Source: an uncultured delta proteobacterium
GTDB taxonomy: Bacteria; Desulfobacterota; Desulfomonilia; UBA1062
Direction of reading: 5' to 3'
DNA length: 64,000 nt
Assembly (NCBI GenBank): GCA_963798485.1
Contig: CAWCTR010000010.1
Span: forward strand, 10,061 to 74,060
The position numbers and the translations under genes were made by a program. The notes beneath the pieces are model-generated. The model saw only the letters and a list, made by a program, of their open reading frames with translations. It made no database searches and was not told the DNA's origin. Below, one piece after another: positions 61,022 to 64,000 of the stretch; within the stretch, counting starts at the first letter, position 1; each line of letters opens with the position of its first letter.

Positions 61022-64000
61022 ATGAACAACACTTGCAAAAGGTTTTATAGTGGGTCTTTGTATGGCTTAATATCCGTATCTCTTCTATGCAGAGTACTTC
61101 TATTCCTGATTCTGCTCAACATTGCATCCATCCCTCTCATTAATAATGTCGCAGCCTGCCCGCCGGACCTCAAAGGGGATGTGGTTTTCGACAAGGACCG
61201 GCCCCTGGGGAGCGAGATCACGCTGAACAGCACGCTGTTCAATGTCTCGGGCAACCCCCTCTTCTATCAATGGTGCGGCCCTTTCTCCACGGTGATGGAC
61301 CCCGGACCGATTGTCTTCCTACCCGAAGGCACCCATGCCATAACACTGTTCGCCTATGAGGGCATTCAGCGCTCCGGCCCGTTTACGCTCTATTTTGCAG
61401 TTGACCCTGAGTATTACATCCTGCCCATCGCCCTGAAAGGTAAAGTGTTTGTCGGCTGGCTGCCTGTAAAAGATGCACAGCAGTATCAGCTATACCGGGC
61501 GATTGAGACAACCCCCTCCAGTTTTGTAAAGATAGCTGATCTCCCATCAAGCTCTATCACCTACACTGACCCCAATCTCAGGGATGCAACATACTTGTAT
61601 GTCCTGGGCGCACTGGTGAACGGTAAGTGGACTTTTTCCCACATAGCTAGCGCGCACCCGTTTACCAGCCTCCCCAAGCTGAACTATCCACCGGTCATAT
61701 ACTCGCAGCCCGTCATCCCGGCTACGGTGGACGTGCCGTATACCTACAATGTCCTGGCGATCGACCCGCTGCCCGATATCCTCACCTACAGCCTCCTCAG
61801 CTCACCCCCGGGAATGACCATAAACAACCTGACCGGTCTCATCCAATGGATGCCGCCCGCCATGGGCGATTACGAGGTTATTGTCAAGGTCAAGGACTTG
61901 AAGAACACCTACATGATCCAGACCTTCATTGTGGAAGCTGATGAATTGAAGGCCCCCAACAGACCTCCCGTCGCCCATGCAGGCGGGCCGTATACCGCGG
62001 ATGTCGGCAAGGCAATGGTCTTCGACGGCTCTGCAACATACGACCCGGACGGTGATACCCTGCAGTATGCATGGAACTTTGGTGACGGCAATAATGGAAC
62101 CGGTGTATCTCTCAGCCATACCTATAACACCGTAGGTGCGCATCAGGTCACACTCGTGGTCACGGACGGCAAAGGCGGGGTTTCAACCGATGCCACAACT
62201 GTAACAGTAACCTGTCAACAGCCCATGGTGGAGTTCTCAGCCGACCCGAATTCCCTACGCCCAGGCGACCCGTGCACCCTCGTATGGTCTTCGGTAAACG
62301 CACAGAATGTAAGCATCGATGACGGCATCGGGCCTGTCAATGCATCGGGAACCATGACAATACACCCCCAGAGCACAACGACCTACACCATCATGGCCGC
62401 AAGCCCTTGTGATAGCGCCACAAAGTCCGTTACGGTGATCGTGAACCAGCCGCCCGTTGTAACCATAGACGCCTCCCCGAAATCCATTATCCTAGGCCAT
62501 TTTGCAACACTCACCTGGACCTCCGCCAACGCGGCTGCCATCACCATCGACCAAGGCATTGGCTCGGTTATGCCGAATGGCTCCTTGTCGGTATCTCCGG
62601 CAACAGCCACCAACTATACCATTACCGCCCAGGGCCCCGGCGGGACCGCCACTGCCAGCGTCGAAGTAAAGGTAAGCCCTCCACCGGCTCCCACAGTAAG
62701 TTTAACTGCAAACCCCACATCCATAATCCAAGGCGCATTTTCCACCCTCACTTGGACCTCCGCCAATGCCGACACCCTGAGCATCAGTAGCGGCATCGGC
62801 CCGGTCAACCCGAACGGCTCCACTATTGTAACTCCCACTCAGACCACCACCTACACCATCACTGCCCTTGGCCCTGGCGGGACTGCTACTTCGAGCGCTG
62901 CAGTCACGGTAACGCCTGCAAACGGCCCTCCCAGAATCGACAGTTTTACTGCCGCCTGCGGCGATAACCCTATCCTTAGAGGTTCATCCACTACACTAAG
63001 CTGGCGTTGCTCCAATGTGGATAATGTCACAACAGTCTACATCGAACCTGTAGGCTCGATTAATATCAGCGCATCTCCTCTTACAGTCTCCCCCCAGGTG
63101 ACCACCGCCTATAACCTCACGGTTTCGAACCAGTGGGGTTTTGCGAGCGCGCAGGTCATCGTGAAGGTAACGGTTCCCCGTACGCCGCTGCCCGACGGGT
63201 CCTTCGGGAAACAGTATGAAGGGTTCATCCCCATTGATTCTACAGTGCAGCAATATAATACCAACCGGTTTTCTGTGATCACCGGCATCATGCAGGACAA
63301 TACCAACGCCCCGCTGCCCGGGGTATCGGTCACGATCCTCGGACACCCCGAGTACGGCACGGCACAGACAGACAGCCAGGGGAGATTCGCACTGCCTGTT
63401 GAAGGCGGCAGCCTCATGACCGTGGTATACAGCAGGAATGGCTTTCTCATAGTGCACCGGAATCTCAATGTACCGTGGAATGAAATAGCTGTTGCCGAGA
63501 CCAGCGTGATGATCCCACGGGATACGGCGGCGACTACCATCACCCTTGACGGGAACCCTCAAGCATCCTTTGTTCACCAGAGCGGTATCTCATCGGATAA
63601 GGACGGCACAAGGTCATGCACCCTGGTATTCAAGGGAGACGCCATTGCAACAGCCGTAGATGCCGCAGGTAACACCACCAAGACCCTGCCAAGCACGATG
63701 TCGGTCAGGGTAACCGAGTTCACCGTGGGTCCTAATGGGAACCCAGCCATGCCCGCTGAGCTTCCGCCCCAATCGGCATACACCTTCTGCGCCGAGTTCC
63801 AGGTAGACGGCGTCGAGAGGGTCAGGTTCAGCAAGCCCGTGGTTGCATGGGAGGATAACTTCCTCGGGTTACCTGTCGGCACCATAATCCCGGTAGGTTA
63901 CTATGACCGGGATAAGGGTGTATGGGTACCCCATGCCAATGGTGTGGTTGTCAGACTACTCGATACGAATGGCGACGGCATTGTGGATGCCATCGATGCC
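61022..64000 (+). CDS. Giant cell-surface protein, 5' part only: signal anchor, putative-Ig/cadherin-like, PKD, four Ig-like repeats, carboxypeptidase-regulatory-like domain, teneurin/RHS-type N-terminal region
   Basis: This ORF is not in the track because it has no stop within the window. The frame is open from TAG 61004-61006 to nt 64000. AGGAGG at 61006-61011, with GTG 61019 and ATG 61022. PKD block PVAHAGGPYTADVGKAMVFDGSATYDPDGDTLQYAWNFGDG...HQVTLVVTDGKGG. Later LPGVSVTILGHPEYGTAQTDSQGRFALPV and MPAELPPQSAYTFCAEFQVDG...GYYDRDKGVWVP...DTNGDGIVDAIDA. Confidence 0.85.
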   Translation, partial: MNNTCKRFYSGSLYGLISVSLLCRVLLFLILLNIASIPLINNVAACPPDLKGDVVFDKDRPLGSEITLNSTLFNVSGNPLFYQWCGPFSTVMDPGPIVFLPEGTHAITLFAYEGIQRSGPFTLYFAVDPEYYILPIALKGKVFVGWLPVKDAQQYQLYRAIETTPSSFVKIADLPSSSITYTDPNLRDATYLYVLGALVNGKWTFSHIASAHPFTSLPKLNYPPVIYSQPVIPATVDVPYTYNVLAIDPLPDILTYSLLSSPPGMTINNLTGLIQWMPPAMGDYEVIVKVKDLKNTYMIQTFIVEADELKAPNRPPVAHAGGPYTADVGKAMVFDGSATYDPDGDTLQYAWNFGDGNNGTGVSLSHTYNTVGAHQVTLVVTDGKGGVSTDATTVTVTCQQPMVEFSADPNSLRPGDPCTLVWSSVNAQNVSIDDGIGPVNASGTMTIHPQSTTTYTIMAASPCDSATKSVTVIVNQPPVVTIDASPKSIILGHFATLTWTSANAAAITIDQGIGSVMPNGSLSVSPATATNYTITAQGPGGTATASVEVKVSPPPAPTVSLTANPTSIIQGAFSTLTWTSANADTLSISSGIGPVNPNGSTIVTPTQTTTYTITALGPGGTATSSAAVTVTPANGPPRIDSFTAACGDNPILRGSSTTLSWRCSNVDNVTTVYIEPVGSINISASPLTVSPQVTTAYNLTVSNQWGFASAQVIVKVTVPRTPLPDGSFGKQYEGFIPIDSTVQQYNTNRFSVITGIMQDNTNAPLPGVSVTILGHPEYGTAQTDSQGRFALPVEGGSLMTVVYSRNGFLIVHRNLNVPWNEIAVAETSVMIPRDTAATTITLDGNPQASFVHQSGISSDKDGTRSCTLVFKGDAIATAVDAAGNTTKTLPSTMSVRVTEFTVGPNGNPAMPAELPPQSAYTFCAEFQVDGVERVRFSKPVVAWEDNFLGLPVGTIIPVGYYDRDKGVWVPHANGVVVRLLDTNGDGIVDAIDA
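62216..63170 (+). repeat. Four tandem 78-86-codon Ig-like repeats inside the giant gene
   Basis: Recurring pattern ..P.SI..G....L.W.S.NA....I..GIG.V..NGS..V.P...T.Y.ITA.GPGGTAT..V.V.V, with units starting at about 62216, 62446, 62680 and 62920. Confidence 0.8.

Noticed and set aside
61045-63885. Multiple minus-strand ORFs (61045-61254, 61802-62143, 62383-62838, 62996-63885).
   Set aside because: All are shadows of the uninterrupted + strand giant ORF, which has clear PKD/Ig-like motifs.
1-64000. Scan for rRNA genes, tRNA genes and riboswitches in all gaps longer than 100 bp.
   Set aside because: No cloverleaf-like or rRNA-like sequence was recognised by eye. This is a weak negative. A tRNAscan/Infernal run would be needed to be sure.

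Overview
This 64 kb chromosomal window is about 50% GC. The gene content looks like a strictly anaerobic, selenocysteine-decoding bacterium, possibly a deltaproteobacterial or Syntrophales-like syntroph. That taxonomic guess is inference from gene content only. I support 67 protein-coding features, 3 of them pseudogenes or gene remnants. I found no rRNA, tRNA or CRISPR array.

The window splits into two parts.

**nt 1-18,100.** Almost every intergenic gap holds short interspersed repeats built on a GGGGAC core. I group them into modules A-D, including two REPIN-like palindromic doublets. This part starts in the tail of a RAYT-like transposase gene. It also contains gene remnants, a PIN/AbrB toxin-antitoxin pair, and two genes the ORF track splits at in-frame TGA codons. 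Those two are best read as selenoproteins, one GrdB-family and one rhodanese, each with a downstream hairpin.

**nt 18,100-64,000.** I saw no intergenic copy of these repeats here, and most genes are housekeeping or metabolic:
- a TetR-controlled Fe-S gene set
- an ABC-2 exporter
- a BaeSR-like two-component system
- metF, galE, prc, glpK, maf, coaD and rsmD
- a module of acyl-CoA dehydrogenase, ADP-forming acyl-CoA synthetase and AMP-ligase

**Other notable items:**
- two adjacent Lys/Ala-rich histone-H1-like proteins, one with a 117-bp tandem array fused to a FYDLN_acid zinc ribbon
- a thiolase-fold protein that appears to lack both catalytic cysteines
- an orphan ParA-like ATPase with a basic partner protein and 9-bp iterons
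- orphan fliS and mlaE genes
- an EF-hand repeat protein
- the first ~990 codons of a giant surface protein with a teneurin/RHS-like N-terminal architecture, running off the right edge

All family calls come from reading motifs by eye. No database search was run.
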